A DNA stretch of 24,956 bases, taken from assembly GCA_050175015.1 (NCBI GenBank), contig JBFXJJ010000021.1, positions 1 through 24,956 of the forward strand, written 5' to 3'. The position numbers and the translations under genes were made by a program. The first letter of the stretch is position 1, and every line of letters begins with the position of its first letter. The DNA is from Alphaproteobacteria bacterium (GTDB lineage: Bacteria; Pseudomonadota; Alphaproteobacteria; JBFXJJ01). Below, piece by piece: positions 9,669 through 20,035 of the stretch. The notes under the pieces were generated by a model. That model worked only from the letters and a program-made list of their open reading frames with translations. It was not told the DNA's origin and searched no databases.

Positions 9669-10829
9669 TTAGAATTTTATTGATAAAGCTGTTGTTATAA
9701 TATGTCTAATATATGAATTTTCTCGATCCTCTCTGGAATATGAACTATGTACTGTTATTTTGGGCGTTAATTGATAGGAGCAACCAAAAAATCTAGCTTT
9801 GGTATCGACGCTTACTGCGTTTTCAGTTTCTGGGGCATTGGATAAACCTGTAAATAAACGCAATTCGGGTAATGGTGTTTGCCAATCTAAACGTCCTGAC
9901 CAACCATTAAGATGATCATCGTTTTCATCAATCAGATTTATATGTTGAGCATGAATTTGTAAATTATCAAGAATTTCATAGCGAATTCCAGGTTTGATAA
10001 CGGTTGTATTTAAACCTATGTAACGATCATGCTGTATTGCCGCTGTAAACCAAGTGTTACCTATATGTTCGTGATTAAAAATAACTCTGGCTTCTCCTCC
10101 GGTTTTTATGCGCCATTCAGGAAGAAAGCTTGAATCTGGAGTATATCCGACACTTAAGTTTCCATTATAACTATCATTAAAAATATGAGAAATTCCAGCT
10201 TCATAATGTTCGTTATGATTGTGAAAGCGTTTTATATCTTCAGTTCGGATATGAACAAAGGTATCTTCTTTTAACCAATAACCCAGTTGCAGAAAATATT
10301 GATGCCAATCAGGCTGCGGGCGGCGAGAAAAATCACTGTTTTCATAGCCAAGGTCAACCTGCCATTTTAATTTTTTGGGCGTAACTTGGGCATTTTTAGC
10401 TAGCGTTATAGAATCTTTTAGTTCAATCGCATCTTGATAATCTGGATGAGCTGTTAGAACTTCATTTATCATAGCTTCTGCAACTTTATATTCCTTTTTC
10501 CAACTGTATAAGCGCGCTAATTCAATTTTAATATCATAATTTTCAGGAGCGAGTTCCAAAGCTTTTTTTTGAGATTCCATTGCGTCATCATTTTTTTGCT
10601 GAAAGCGCTGTGTTAAACCGAGCTGATACCATAATTCTGAATTGTTAGAATCTTTTTTAATCAATTCGTTAAAAAAAGTTTCGGCTTTTTGATACTCGCC
10701 ATTGCTTTTTACTTTTACTGCCAAATCATAAGTTATATTTTCAGCGTATGAGTAACTAGGAAAAAAAGCTGCAGCCATAAAGATAAGCAAAAAGTATCTA
10801 TGCTTTTTTCCTGCGTTGTAAAATGCCAA
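9669..10829 (-). CDS. TPR domain plus YaiO-family outer-membrane beta-barrel protein
   Basis: Signal-peptide-like KKHRYFLLIFMAAAFFPSYSYA, TPR motifs (LWYQLG...ALELAPEN...LARLYSW), an amphipathic beta-strand C-terminal half and terminal Phe. The start is uncertain: TTG at 10829 fits the signal peptide better than 10889. Confidence 0.75.
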   Translation of the reverse strand: MAFYNAGKKHRYFLLIFMAAAFFPSYSYAENITYDLAVKVKSNGEYQKAETFFNELIKKDSNNSELWYQLGLTQRFQQKNDDAMESQKKALELAPENYDIKIELARLYSWKKEYKVAEAMINEVLTAHPDYQDAIELKDSITLAKNAQVTPKKLKWQVDLGYENSDFSRRPQPDWHQYFLQLGYWLKEDTFVHIRTEDIKRFHNHNEHYEAGISHIFNDSYNGNLSVGYTPDSSFLPEWRIKTGGEARVIFNHEHIGNTWFTAAIQHDRYIGLNTTVIKPGIRYEILDNLQIHAQHINLIDENDDHLNGWSGRLDWQTPLPELRLFTGLSNAPETENAVSVDTKARFFGCSYQLTPKITVHSSYSREDRENSYIRHIITTALSIKF

Positions 10830-11967
10830 ATACTCTAATAGCCACTTCTTCCAAGTCGAAAGGCTTTGTAACATAGTCATGAGCTCCACTTTTTAATCCT
10901 TCTAATATATTTTCCTGCTGTTTTTTTGCTGTTAATATAACGATTGGCATTTCTGCAATGTCAGGTGTTTCTTTTGCTTGTTTAAGTACGGCTAAGCCGT
11001 CCATGCTAGGCATCATAATATCTAATATACAAACGTCTGGTTTATTAGTATTCATTATTGATAGGGCATCTACCCCGTTATGAGCAATTAAAACAGTATA
11101 TCCCATACGATAGAAACGCTGGTATAATAACTCGCAAATAAGTTCATCATCATCAGCAATTAATATTTTTGTTTTATGCCTTTGCAATGTTGACATAATG
11201 CGGTCTACAAGCTCAGAAATTTCAAAAGGTTTGGTTATATAATCCAGAGCGCCATATGTTATACCTTTTATAAGGCTTTCATCTTCATCTCTTCGAGTTA
11301 ACATAATCACGGGAATATTTTTTAAATCATCATCACTTTTAATCTTTTTGAGGATATCGAATCCACTCATATCAGGCATATTTACGTCTAATATAATTAA
11401 ATCAATTTTTTCAAACGTATGGTTTTGTTTTACCCAACTCAGATGCTCTAAAATTTTAGTCCCATTTTCTGCTTGAGTAATTTTGCATTTTGCTTTTGAA
11501 AGTCCAAATTTTAAAAGATCCCTAACTAGTTCATCATCATCAGCAACCAAGACATGATAATCGAATTGGCGATTTTTAAGTTTTTTTACAACGATATTAT
11601 TAGACTTATCTGTTTGATGCTCAAGATCTTGAGATGATGTTATTTTTTCAACTTCGGATAAGAAGATCTTTAAAGTTTCTTCTAAAGAAGAAGATTGGGT
11701 CTCTAAGGATGCTCCAGCAATAATTTTATCCAAGATTCTTTCTGCATCTGCGGCATAACCATTAAGTTCAGCAAACCCAAATGTTTTTGCTGAACCTGCA
11801 AGTTTATGCATTTGCATTCGTATATCTTCTAGGTTTTCTATAACCTTAATACCTTGTTGCAAGCCTTTTTCTAATTCAATGAAAGTTGGCAGCCATATAT
11901 TCAGTTTGCCGATAAAACGCATCTTAATTAGTTTAAAACTTTCATTGAAAGTTTGCGTGTTATCCAA
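10798..11967 (-). CDS. Response regulator Hpt-REC-REC with no output domain
   Basis: N-terminal Hpt motif MHKLAGSAKTFG and two receiver domains (VLVADDD...LDVNMPD...DYITKPF; ILIADDD...LDIMMPS...DYVTKPF). Confidence 0.9.
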   Translation of the reverse strand: MDNTQTFNESFKLIKMRFIGKLNIWLPTFIELEKGLQQGIKVIENLEDIRMQMHKLAGSAKTFGFAELNGYAADAERILDKIIAGASLETQSSSLEETLKIFLSEVEKITSSQDLEHQTDKSNNIVVKKLKNRQFDYHVLVADDDELVRDLLKFGLSKAKCKITQAENGTKILEHLSWVKQNHTFEKIDLIILDVNMPDMSGFDILKKIKSDDDLKNIPVIMLTRRDEDESLIKGITYGALDYITKPFEISELVDRIMSTLQRHKTKILIADDDELICELLYQRFYRMGYTVLIAHNGVDALSIMNTNKPDVCILDIMMPSMDGLAVLKQAKETPDIAEMPIVILTAKKQQENILEGLKSGAHDYVTKPFDLEEVAIRVFGILQRRKKA

Positions 11968-12346
11968 CGTTTTTCTCCCAGAGATTTCTTATATTTTCAC
12001 AAAGTTCCATTGGGTCAAAAGGTTTTAATATTACTCCGATTGCCCCCATTTTTTTATAGGCTTCCTGCTCATGAGTTTGGGCTTTAGCTGTCATAAAAAT
12101 GACAGAAATATTTTCTTTTCCATACAGATTTTTTATTTTTTCAAAAGTTTTAGGACCGTCCATATCTGGCATCATAACGTCCATAAGTATTAATTGTGGA
12201 TTGTATGATGGAAAAGCATCTATTGCTTCTTGTCCAGAAAAGCAATGTTTTATTTCAAAACCACCGATATCCTCAAGAATCATTTGAGCAACTTCGGCAA
12301 TATCTTCATCATCTTCGACATATAGTATTTTTTTTAATTCTGTCAT
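11960..12346 (-). CDS. Single-domain response regulator (CheY-like REC)
   Basis: ILYVEDD, LMDVMMPDMDG, FMTAK and KPF motifs. ATG at 12346 lies just after the HK stop and is preceded by GAGGA. Confidence 0.92.
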   Translation of the reverse strand: MTELKKILYVEDDEDIAEVAQMILEDIGGFEIKHCFSGQEAIDAFPSYNPQLILMDVMMPDMDGPKTFEKIKNLYGKENISVIFMTAKAQTHEQEAYKKMGAIGVILKPFDPMELCENIRNLWEKNVG

Positions 12347-12348
12347 TA

Positions 12349-14610
12349 TTAAATATCCTCTGCTTGTTCTGGCTTGCATATCGGCAAAATAAAGTAAAAA
12401 GTAGTTCCTTTGCCTTTTTCTGTTTCAAAGCCGATTTCACCGTTAAATGCCTCTATGATAGATTTGGTAATATTAAGTCCAAGCCCAGAACCGCCCTTGG
12501 CTTTGGTTGAAGAACTGTCTGCTTGAGCAAATTTTTCAAAAATTTTACTTTGGAATTCTTCGGGAATTCCATCACCATTGTCTTTAACAGAAACGCAAAC
12601 CCTATCTTCCGATTTTTTTGTAATGCTTATTAAAACATCTTCACCCGCGGGTGAAAATTTAGAAGCATTAGAAAGTAGGTTGACCAAAGCTTGATTAAAT
12701 CTATTGCCGTCAATTTCACAAAATATATCTGGAGTTTCAACATTTAGTTTAAATGTTACTTGATGTTTTTCTGCGTAGCTTTGGTGATGCTCTGCAATAT
12801 CTTTTATAAAACTACAAATTTCAATTTTTTCAATTTTATACTCCATTTTACCAGCAGCTATTTTCTCAACATCTAAAATATCATTTACAAGAAAGGACAG
12901 CTTTTTGCAGTTATCATACGAAATAGTTAATAATCGTTTGCATAACTTGGTGGTGCAGGTATCTGTTTTTTCTAGCAGTAAGCCAAGTGAACCAAGTATA
13001 GATGTAAGCGGGGTACGAAGTTCGTGATTAACCGTGGAGATAAAATCATTTTTCATTTTTTCCATCTGTTTTCTTTCTGTTATATCCCGAATGATACAAG
13101 TGAAAAGTCTTGAATTTGCAACTATTGTTTCGCTTATAGATAAATCCATAGGAAAAACAGTTTCATCTTTTCTTTTGCCTTCGACTTCTATTCTAGTTGC
13201 TACAATATTGCTATAATCATAACTTTCAGTAGATTTAAAACTTTCGGTATGCTTAGGGTTTGGAATAATTAAGCTTATATCTTTTCCTATTACCTCATCT
13301 GATTTATATTGAAACATTTTTTCGCAGGCTGGGTTGAAACTAGAAATATTTCCACTGTCATCAATGCTTATAATTCCATCTAGCACATTGTTTAATATCG
13401 CTCTGATTCTGATTTCATTTCGCTGTATTTTCTTTGTCATTCTAACAAAAGTGCGGGCGAGATTGCCTATTTCATCTGATCGCTCTATTGGCAATTCAAG
13501 CAGTTCTTGTTCATTATTCAAGTCTATTTTTGATAAAGTTTTTGCCATCTTCATCAAAGGACTGGTTAGTTTTCTTGAGAAGTAAATGGCAATGAAAAAG
13601 CAGAAAGCAGTGATACTTAAGGCCAATATTAATGTATATAGTTGTGCTATATAGGCTTTATGTAAAAGTTTTTTATAAGGAACTTTTGTTATTATACCTA
13701 AGAAATTATCGGGGTTATTGGTTTCAATATTTAGTTTTACGAAATATGCAATGTTGCTATCTTCCATAAATGATAACTCGTTCGCATCTGTTTTTATCGC
13801 GCTATATATAAATTGAGGGACATCAAATCGATAATTATTATGAAATTCAAATATAGTATTGTTAGTTTCAGGGTCATACTCTGCATAATCACCAAAATTA
13901 TTAGTTATAAACGTAGTTTTATTGGGTTTTATCTCAGAAAAAATATATTCAAGAAGTTGTTCATAATTAGCGTTAATTACAATTAATCCGAACAAAATGT
14001 TTCCATCATAAACGGGAACTACAGAACGTATCGTTGGTATTAATTCGCCGTCTATTTTGCCATATTCACGGTTGTAAGTTACTTCAGAGAAGAAAAGTTG
14101 ATTAGGTTTTAGTTTTATACCTTGTATAAAGTAATCTTCGTCTCCTTTGGGTTGGAGGTCTTTTTTATCTACAGCCACTAATTTATTATATGTTTTATTA
14201 ACTCTTACAAGTTCTAAGCCATTATCATCAATGCCAATATAGCGCATTTGGGTGTAATAAGGTCTTGTTTCCATTATTGAAATAAAGATTGCTTCTAATC
14301 GCTTTTTCCACAAAAGATATGTTGATGAGCCATCAATAGCATCAATTCTATTATTTTTGGTTCTTATTATACCTTTTATAGGTGGGGTATATAGAGCAAT
14401 AAAAGTATCTTTGGACATATGCTCATAAGCATTTTTAAACTTAGTTGCTATAATTTTTGTTTCATTAGCAAGCCCGTCCATTGCTGCACTTTTTGTGCTT
14501 ACAACAGTGTTGTAGAAAGCAAAGATTGATATCAATGTTGTTGCAAATAATGTCATTCCACATGTAAGAAAAATTATTTTTCTACGTATAGAAAATAGAA
14601 CATTGTTCAT
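12349..14610 (-). CDS. Sensor histidine kinase (TM - Cache-like - TM - HAMP - PAS - HisKA - HATPase)
   Basis: H-box VNHELRTPL, N-box NLLSNASKF, G1 DNGDGI, G2 GGSGLGL, PAS GIISID..G.I..FNPACEKMF and HAMP DEIGNLA. Confidence 0.95.
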   Translation of the reverse strand: MNNVLFSIRRKIIFLTCGMTLFATTLISIFAFYNTVVSTKSAAMDGLANETKIIATKFKNAYEHMSKDTFIALYTPPIKGIIRTKNNRIDAIDGSSTYLLWKKRLEAIFISIMETRPYYTQMRYIGIDDNGLELVRVNKTYNKLVAVDKKDLQPKGDEDYFIQGIKLKPNQLFFSEVTYNREYGKIDGELIPTIRSVVPVYDGNILFGLIVINANYEQLLEYIFSEIKPNKTTFITNNFGDYAEYDPETNNTIFEFHNNYRFDVPQFIYSAIKTDANELSFMEDSNIAYFVKLNIETNNPDNFLGIITKVPYKKLLHKAYIAQLYTLILALSITAFCFFIAIYFSRKLTSPLMKMAKTLSKIDLNNEQELLELPIERSDEIGNLARTFVRMTKKIQRNEIRIRAILNNVLDGIISIDDSGNISSFNPACEKMFQYKSDEVIGKDISLIIPNPKHTESFKSTESYDYSNIVATRIEVEGKRKDETVFPMDLSISETIVANSRLFTCIIRDITERKQMEKMKNDFISTVNHELRTPLTSILGSLGLLLEKTDTCTTKLCKRLLTISYDNCKKLSFLVNDILDVEKIAAGKMEYKIEKIEICSFIKDIAEHHQSYAEKHQVTFKLNVETPDIFCEIDGNRFNQALVNLLSNASKFSPAGEDVLISITKKSEDRVCVSVKDNGDGIPEEFQSKIFEKFAQADSSSTKAKGGSGLGLNITKSIIEAFNGEIGFETEKGKGTTFYFILPICKPEQAEDI

Positions 14611-14941
14611 TTTTTTGCCCCTAGAATTATATAGCGTAATTAAAATTGCTATGTTTCTTTATTTATACTTTGAAATATATTGTATTTTTAAACAAAAATA
14701 AATTGATATTTAGTCTATATTTTCTATGAATATAACTACTTACAGGAATATAAAAGAATAATTGTTCAATTAGAATTGGGGAATGTTTTTTATTGTTTTG
14801 ATGCTAAAAAAATAAAGCAGCTAAAATTTTTTCAAAATTAACCGCTTATAGTTTTTTTAACCTTTTCAATTATGATTAGGTTTTTTATTCGTTTTTACAA
14901 TTTTATAATATCAACGTCACTTAAAGATCTGGAAATTAATA

Positions 14942-15517
14942 TTACCAACTAGCAACAGCTAATTGAAAAAATGATTGTTTGTGGTAGCAGGCTGGACATA
15001 CTTTAGGCGCTTCGTCTGCTTCATGAACATAGCCGCATTTACGGCAATACCAACGAACTTTTTGACCTTTTTTAAAGACAAGTCCTTGTTCAACGTTTTT
15101 AGCAAGTGCCAAATATCTTTCTTCATGATATTTTTCAGCAACGGCAATCGCTTCCATCATTTTAGCCGCTTTTTCAAAACCTTCTTCGTGTGCTGTCTTA
15201 GCAAATTCTGGATACATTGTTTCATATTCATAGTTTTCGCCTTTAGCAGCATTTTTTAGATTATCAAAAGTCGTGCCGACTATTCCAGCTGGAAAAGCTG
15301 CACAAATTTCAACATCGCCCCCCTCAAGTAAACTGTAAAGTTGTTTGGCGTGCATTCTTTCTTGATCCGCTGTTTCTAAGAAAATGCCAGAAATTTGTTC
15401 AAAACCATCATCAACTGCTTTCGCAGCATACATTGTATAACGATTGCGAGCTTGGGATTCGCCTGCAAATGCTGTTAAAATGTTTTTTTCTGTTTTCGAA
15501 CCTTTAATAGTTGCCAT
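14942..15517 (-). CDS. rbr: Rubrerythrin
   Basis: [14 protein letters not shown] di-iron ligands (QERMH, AEKYH) and C-terminal rubredoxin CRKCGY...CPAC. Confidence 0.96.
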   Translation of the reverse strand: MATIKGSKTEKNILTAFAGESQARNRYTMYAAKAVDDGFEQISGIFLETADQERMHAKQLYSLLEGGDVEICAAFPAGIVGTTFDNLKNAAKGENYEYETMYPEFAKTAHEEGFEKAAKMMEAIAVAEKYHEERYLALAKNVEQGLVFKKGQKVRWYCRKCGYVHEADEAPKVCPACYHKQSFFQLAVASW

Positions 15518-16987
15518 TTTTTATCTCCTAAATGTTTTAAATAATAAAGTGGTTTTTTTATAATCATTCTAATGTTTATTTTTGTATACTGATTTTTTTA
15601 AAAAATCAAGATATAAAATATATCTAATTTTAAGATATCAAGACGCCAGAATTTTATAAATGATTACATTTTTTTGAAAAAACAAGAGCTTAAACTATAA
15701 ATTGTATAAAAATAAGAAAAGATTTTTATGGTCTAAAAGCTATTTGTTTGCACAATGTTAAAAACTATAACAAAAAAAATTTTTATAAAGTTAAAGCCTA
15801 GGATTCTTTATGGAAAAGATTTTGGTGTATTACAAATAAAATCTGCTCGGTTTTAATTTAAAGATACCATAGCAATTTAAAAGGCTATCGAGTCTTAATA
15901 ATCAAGATTAATTAAAAATAGTTATAAGTTAAAAATGGAAATATTGTATTGATTGCGATTAATTTTTAATGGCGATATTTCAGATATATCTGCATTATAA
16001 CTAAAAACATATGGGCAGTAAGTCTAATTGTTTTTAAGTGTGCTTTAGCGCTTTTCAAAAAAACATAATATATTCTTGTTTAGTCTATTTATTTGACAAA
16101 TATAGGTGTTTTGCTTAAAAAATGAAAAATATTTTAAATAATGATGTAAAAAACTTTATAGTAATAAAAAGTTAATAAAAATGAAACAAATAGTCTTATG
16201 TAACATTTTTTTACAATAGGATATAACTATTATCAGGATATAGCTTGATTGTTATCATATTTATAAAATTAACTATTTTAAATTTATTTTTCATTATTTA
16301 TAATTTTTAAAAATATTGCTGCTAAATATGTTTAATTTTTGCACTTATCCTTAACTTTTACAAGAATTAAATTTTTATTGTTTTTAAAAATAAGCGGATT
16401 TTAAAATTTAAAAATTACTTTGTAACAACTTTTTAACAAAAAATTAGACTCTTTTGTCGTTTTATTCTGTCAATGTAAGTTGTTGAAAAGATTGATATTT
16501 TTTATATAAAAAATATCTGGGTAACATAATGGGAACTTAAAATATCCCAAAATAATAAATATTATGAACATATGCTTAGCTAACTATATAATAAACAATA
16601 TTTTTTTATATAGATTCAATATTTTCTGGGTAACACATAGGTATCATTTTATAAAAAATATGATTAAATAACGTTTATAAGTTGTTTATATGAAAATATT
16701 AAGACCAATATAATGTATTGTTTTATAATGATTTTTTCTTAAAATCAATTCTAAATAATTAAGATTTTTTAAGACTATATCCTGATAATGGTTGTAGTAA
16801 AATAATATTTTTTACCCAAAAAATAAGATTATCTAGTTTCGTGCTGCAAAGTGGCAATGGCAACCTTTCTGTATTTGATACCAGCTGAAAGCTCTTTAGC
16901 GATTCATAACGTGCAAGGCTTAGGAATTCTAATGCTTTAAGCAAAATCAAGTTGGTGTTTTTGCCAAATTAAAGGAAGGAAAGAAAA

Positions 16988-18010
16988 ATGAAAAAGAAAG
17001 TTATTATTGATGGAGATTGGGGTGGTGATGAAATGCAGCTAGCCTCGGTGTTGCTTGCCGATAATCAAATTGAGATTGTGGGGGCAACTGCTTGTTATGG
17101 TAATGCTGGAATAGATCACGTTTTTAATAATGGTCGAAATATTATGCATTTGCTTGATGCTGATAATATTCCTGTGTATCGAGGTGCTGGGGGACCTATG
17201 AATGGCGCCCACGTTGAGGAAGACGTGGCACATGGAGAAGATGGTGTCGGCGGTGTAGTATTGAAGCCTTCACCCGTTCCTGTTGAGAAGAAAAATGCGG
17301 TAGATTTTATTTTGGAACAACTGCGGAGCAATCCCGAAGGAACAGTTACGATTACCGCGTCGGGACCTTTAACCAATATTGCGATGGCTTTTAAAAAGGA
17401 TCCTAAGGCAATGATGCGGGTTAAGGATATTATTGTTATGGGGGGCGGCGTTGCGGGTATAAAAGCCGCTGATATGCCCGTGAGACTTGGTAATATTACC
17501 AAGAATGCGGAGTTCAATTTTTATTCTGCACCAGAAGATGCTGATATGGTTTTAAATAGCGGTTTGCCAATAACGTTATTGCCGATGAATTGCACTAGAA
17601 AACTTACATTTACTCCAGAAAGGCAGGAAGCTTTGAAGGAGAGTTTAAATTTTGATAAAGATGCTCAAGAAAAGATTTTTGATATGATGTGCGCTCCTGC
17701 TGATTTGGATCGCAGGAAATTTAACTCAGATCCAACGATGCACGATGTTCATTGTGCGCTTTATTTTTTGCACCCAGAACTCTATTCAACGTTTAAAGGC
17801 AATGTCTCTGTTATAAGAGAGAAAGGCGAAGAGCTTGGTCGTAGTAAACTTAAGCCTAATAAGGACGGTCGACTTAACGTTGCTATGAAAATTAAAGATG
17901 CAAATAAGTGTTTTGACATTTTTTTGAAAAGCATAACAAAAGTATTAGGAAATAAGAGATTAAAAAGAATGCAACGGTTAGTTTTAAAGAATAAGATCGC
18001 ATCAAGGTGA
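16988..18010 (+). CDS. Nucleoside hydrolase (inosine-uridine preferring family)
   Basis: IIDGDWGGDE, GN, VPVYRG-like, HGEDG, GPLTNIA, MGGG, AEFNF and MHD motifs. RBS AAGGAAGG. Confidence 0.9.
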   Translation: MKKKVIIDGDWGGDEMQLASVLLADNQIEIVGATACYGNAGIDHVFNNGRNIMHLLDADNIPVYRGAGGPMNGAHVEEDVAHGEDGVGGVVLKPSPVPVEKKNAVDFILEQLRSNPEGTVTITASGPLTNIAMAFKKDPKAMMRVKDIIVMGGGVAGIKAADMPVRLGNITKNAEFNFYSAPEDADMVLNSGLPITLLPMNCTRKLTFTPERQEALKESLNFDKDAQEKIFDMMCAPADLDRRKFNSDPTMHDVHCALYFLHPELYSTFKGNVSVIREKGEELGRSKLKPNKDGRLNVAMKIKDANKCFDIFLKSITKVLGNKRLKRMQRLVLKNKIASR

Positions 18011-18034
18011 TAGCGTTTAAAAATCGAAAGGATT

Positions 18035-18067
18035 TTAAGGGAGCTTTTTAAGCTCCTTTAATTTTTT
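18035..18067. terminator. Terminator between convergent nucleoside hydrolase and MPG genes
   Basis: Stem TAAGGGAGCTT / AAGCTCCTTTA followed by a T-run on the plus strand. Confidence 0.75.
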
Positions 18068-18585
18068 TAAAGGTATTTTTGATAATCTTTAGCAATAAAG
18101 CGCCAAAGTTTATCGGTACCGACCTTAATTCCTATTCTAGGTGTTGCCTCAACGTCTATCTTTATACTTGTATCTTTTACCAAAAAATGCTCATTTTTAG
18201 TTATATCTATGGCATTTTGTTCTTTGTTAATCCCTAAAGCTTTGCATAATTTCCCGGGACCATTTAAGTCAATTTTGCTTTCAGGAATGTAAAGACCTCT
18301 GATTAGAACTGCGGCGGGAAAGTTTTCTTTTTCGGTTACAAAATTTAAGCAGTGATACATTCCATAGATGAAGTAAACGTAAGAAAAACCAGCTTTGCCA
18401 AACATTACAGCGTTTCTTGGCGTTTTTCCTCTAGCGGCGTGGCAAGCGGGGTCATCTTGACCAATATATGCTTCGGTTTCGGTTATGATTCCTTTATGTT
18501 CATAAAAAAACAGTTCTTTTCCAATAAGCTCTTGTGCTACATCTAAAGTAGGACGATTAAAAAAATTGCGATTAAGTATGGTCAT
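18067..18585 (-). CDS. mpg: DNA-3-methyladenine glycosylase (MPG/AAG family)
   Basis: [43 protein letters not shown] and TPRIGI motifs. Confidence 0.95.
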   Translation of the reverse strand: MTILNRNFFNRPTLDVAQELIGKELFFYEHKGIITETEAYIGQDDPACHAARGKTPRNAVMFGKAGFSYVYFIYGMYHCLNFVTEKENFPAAVLIRGLYIPESKIDLNGPGKLCKALGINKEQNAIDITKNEHFLVKDTSIKIDVEATPRIGIKVGTDKLWRFIAKDYQKYL

Positions 18586-19300
18586 GACAACTATCTTATT
18601 TGATTCACATATCCATTTTCAAGAAGCAGATGAATTAAAAAATTCAGGAGTAGATTATTTTGCTTGTTGTGGAATTGACAGCTGCGATTGGTTTAGGGTC
18701 AAAAAACAGGCAGAAATAAATAGAAAAATAGTTCCATTTTATGGCCTGCACCCTTGGTATGTTGAAGAGGAAAGGGGTGATTGGCGGGAAATATTAGAAC
18801 AGCTCGTGCGGGAAAATAAATGCGGCATCGGGGAAACGGGGCTGGATACCTTTAGGGACATATCTTTATCCAAGCAGGTTGAGGTTTTTAAGTTTCATTT
18901 AGAGCTATGTCTAAAATATCAAAGACCAATAGTGATTCATATGGTTAAGGCCTTTGAGAAAACGCTGGAGTTTCTAAAAGAATACAAGCCAGATTCTGGG
19001 GTTATGATTCACGCTTATAGTGGTTCTTCTGAAATGGTTAAAGAGTTTAATAAGCTGGGAGTGTATTTTTCTTTGGGCGGTTTTTTTATAAAAAAATCAA
19101 AAGAAAAAAAATCTAATATTTTAGAAAACATTCCTCAAAACCGGTTGTTAGTTGAAACTGATTCGCCAACTAAAGAAGGTTTAAAGCTTAAAAATGTTAT
19201 TGCTGATATTGCCGATTTAAAGCAAAAAAGTTTTGATGAAATAGCGGAGATAAGCGGGCAAAACGCTTTGACCTTTTTTAAAAATGTAATGGAAAAATAA
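18584..19300 (+). CDS. TatD-family hydrolase (DNase)
   Basis: [26 protein letters not shown] and VETDSP motifs. The start is probably ATG 18584; alternatives are ATG 18578 and TTG 18566. Confidence 0.92.
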   Translation: MTTILFDSHIHFQEADELKNSGVDYFACCGIDSCDWFRVKKQAEINRKIVPFYGLHPWYVEEERGDWREILEQLVRENKCGIGETGLDTFRDISLSKQVEVFKFHLELCLKYQRPIVIHMVKAFEKTLEFLKEYKPDSGVMIHAYSGSSEMVKEFNKLGVYFSLGGFFIKKSKEKKSNILENIPQNRLLVETDSPTKEGLKLKNVIADIADLKQKSFDEIAEISGQNALTFFKNVMEK

Positions 19301-19301
19301 A

Positions 19302-20018
19302 ATGCAGGAAGAAGACTTATCAAGGTTAGAAATGCTTTTAGGCGAAGATGGCGTAAATAAACTCAAAGCTGCTCATTTTGCAGTTGTTGGTCTTGGCGGA
19401 GTTGGTGGTTATGCCGTAGAGGCTGTGGCACGTTTTGGGATTGGCAATATAACGCTTATTGATGCTGATATTGTAGACAGAAGTAACCTTAACCGCCAGT
19501 TGTGCGCTTTAAATTCAACCGTTGGTCAAAACAAGGTAGATGTTTGGGCATCAAGGATTCAAGATATAAATCCTGATTGCAATGTTATATCGTTAAAAAA
19601 ATTTATTTCAGAAGAAGATGATTTTGATGCGTTGTTTCAAGATGTCGATTTTACAATAGAAGCAATAGACACGGTCTCATCTAAAATCGCACTAATCAGT
19701 TATCTTATAAAAGCGGATAAGTCTTTTGTTTCGTGTATGGGGGCGGCGTTAAGGCAGGATCCAAGCAAAATCAAAATAGCAAAATTTTCTCAAACATCGG
19801 TCTGCCCTCTTGCGGCAAAAATCAGAAAAGAGCTTAGAGCCAGAAGGATTCCTTTGGATTTTTGTTGTGTTTATTCGGAAGAAAAGCCTAAAAAAATGGA
19901 TTTTCAAGGGGGTGATAAAAATCAGATAGGAAAAAGTCCTTTAGGTTCATCGGCTACAATTCCAGCAATTTGCGGTCTTTTTGCGGCAAATGAAGCCGTA
20001 AGGCAATTTTTATTGTAA
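19302..20018 (+). CDS. tcdA: tRNA threonylcarbamoyladenosine dehydratase (ThiF/E1-like)
   Basis: GLGGVG, D.D.V..SNLNRQ, AIDT, SCMGAA...DP, CPLA.K.R..LR and CVYSEE motifs. Confidence 0.88.
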   Translation: MQEEDLSRLEMLLGEDGVNKLKAAHFAVVGLGGVGGYAVEAVARFGIGNITLIDADIVDRSNLNRQLCALNSTVGQNKVDVWASRIQDINPDCNVISLKKFISEEDDFDALFQDVDFTIEAIDTVSSKIALISYLIKADKSFVSCMGAALRQDPSKIKIAKFSQTSVCPLAAKIRKELRARRIPLDFCCVYSEEKPKKMDFQGGDKNQIGKSPLGSSATIPAICGLFAANEAVRQFLL

Positions 20019-20035
20019 AAAATAAAAAAACTTAC

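Noticed and set aside
10830-10889. N-terminal extension of the YaiO-like ORF (likewise 12347-12379 of the REC gene)
   Set aside because: These extensions overlap upstream coding sequence. Downstream starts fit the signal peptide or RBS better.
16759-16950. 63-aa minus-strand ORF in the gap
   Set aside because: TTG start, no recognisable motif or clear RBS, and it overlaps the likely promoter region of the hydrolase gene.
15518-16987. Replication origin in the long AT-rich gap
   Set aside because: No TTATCCACA-type DnaA boxes were seen and no origin-associated genes are nearby.
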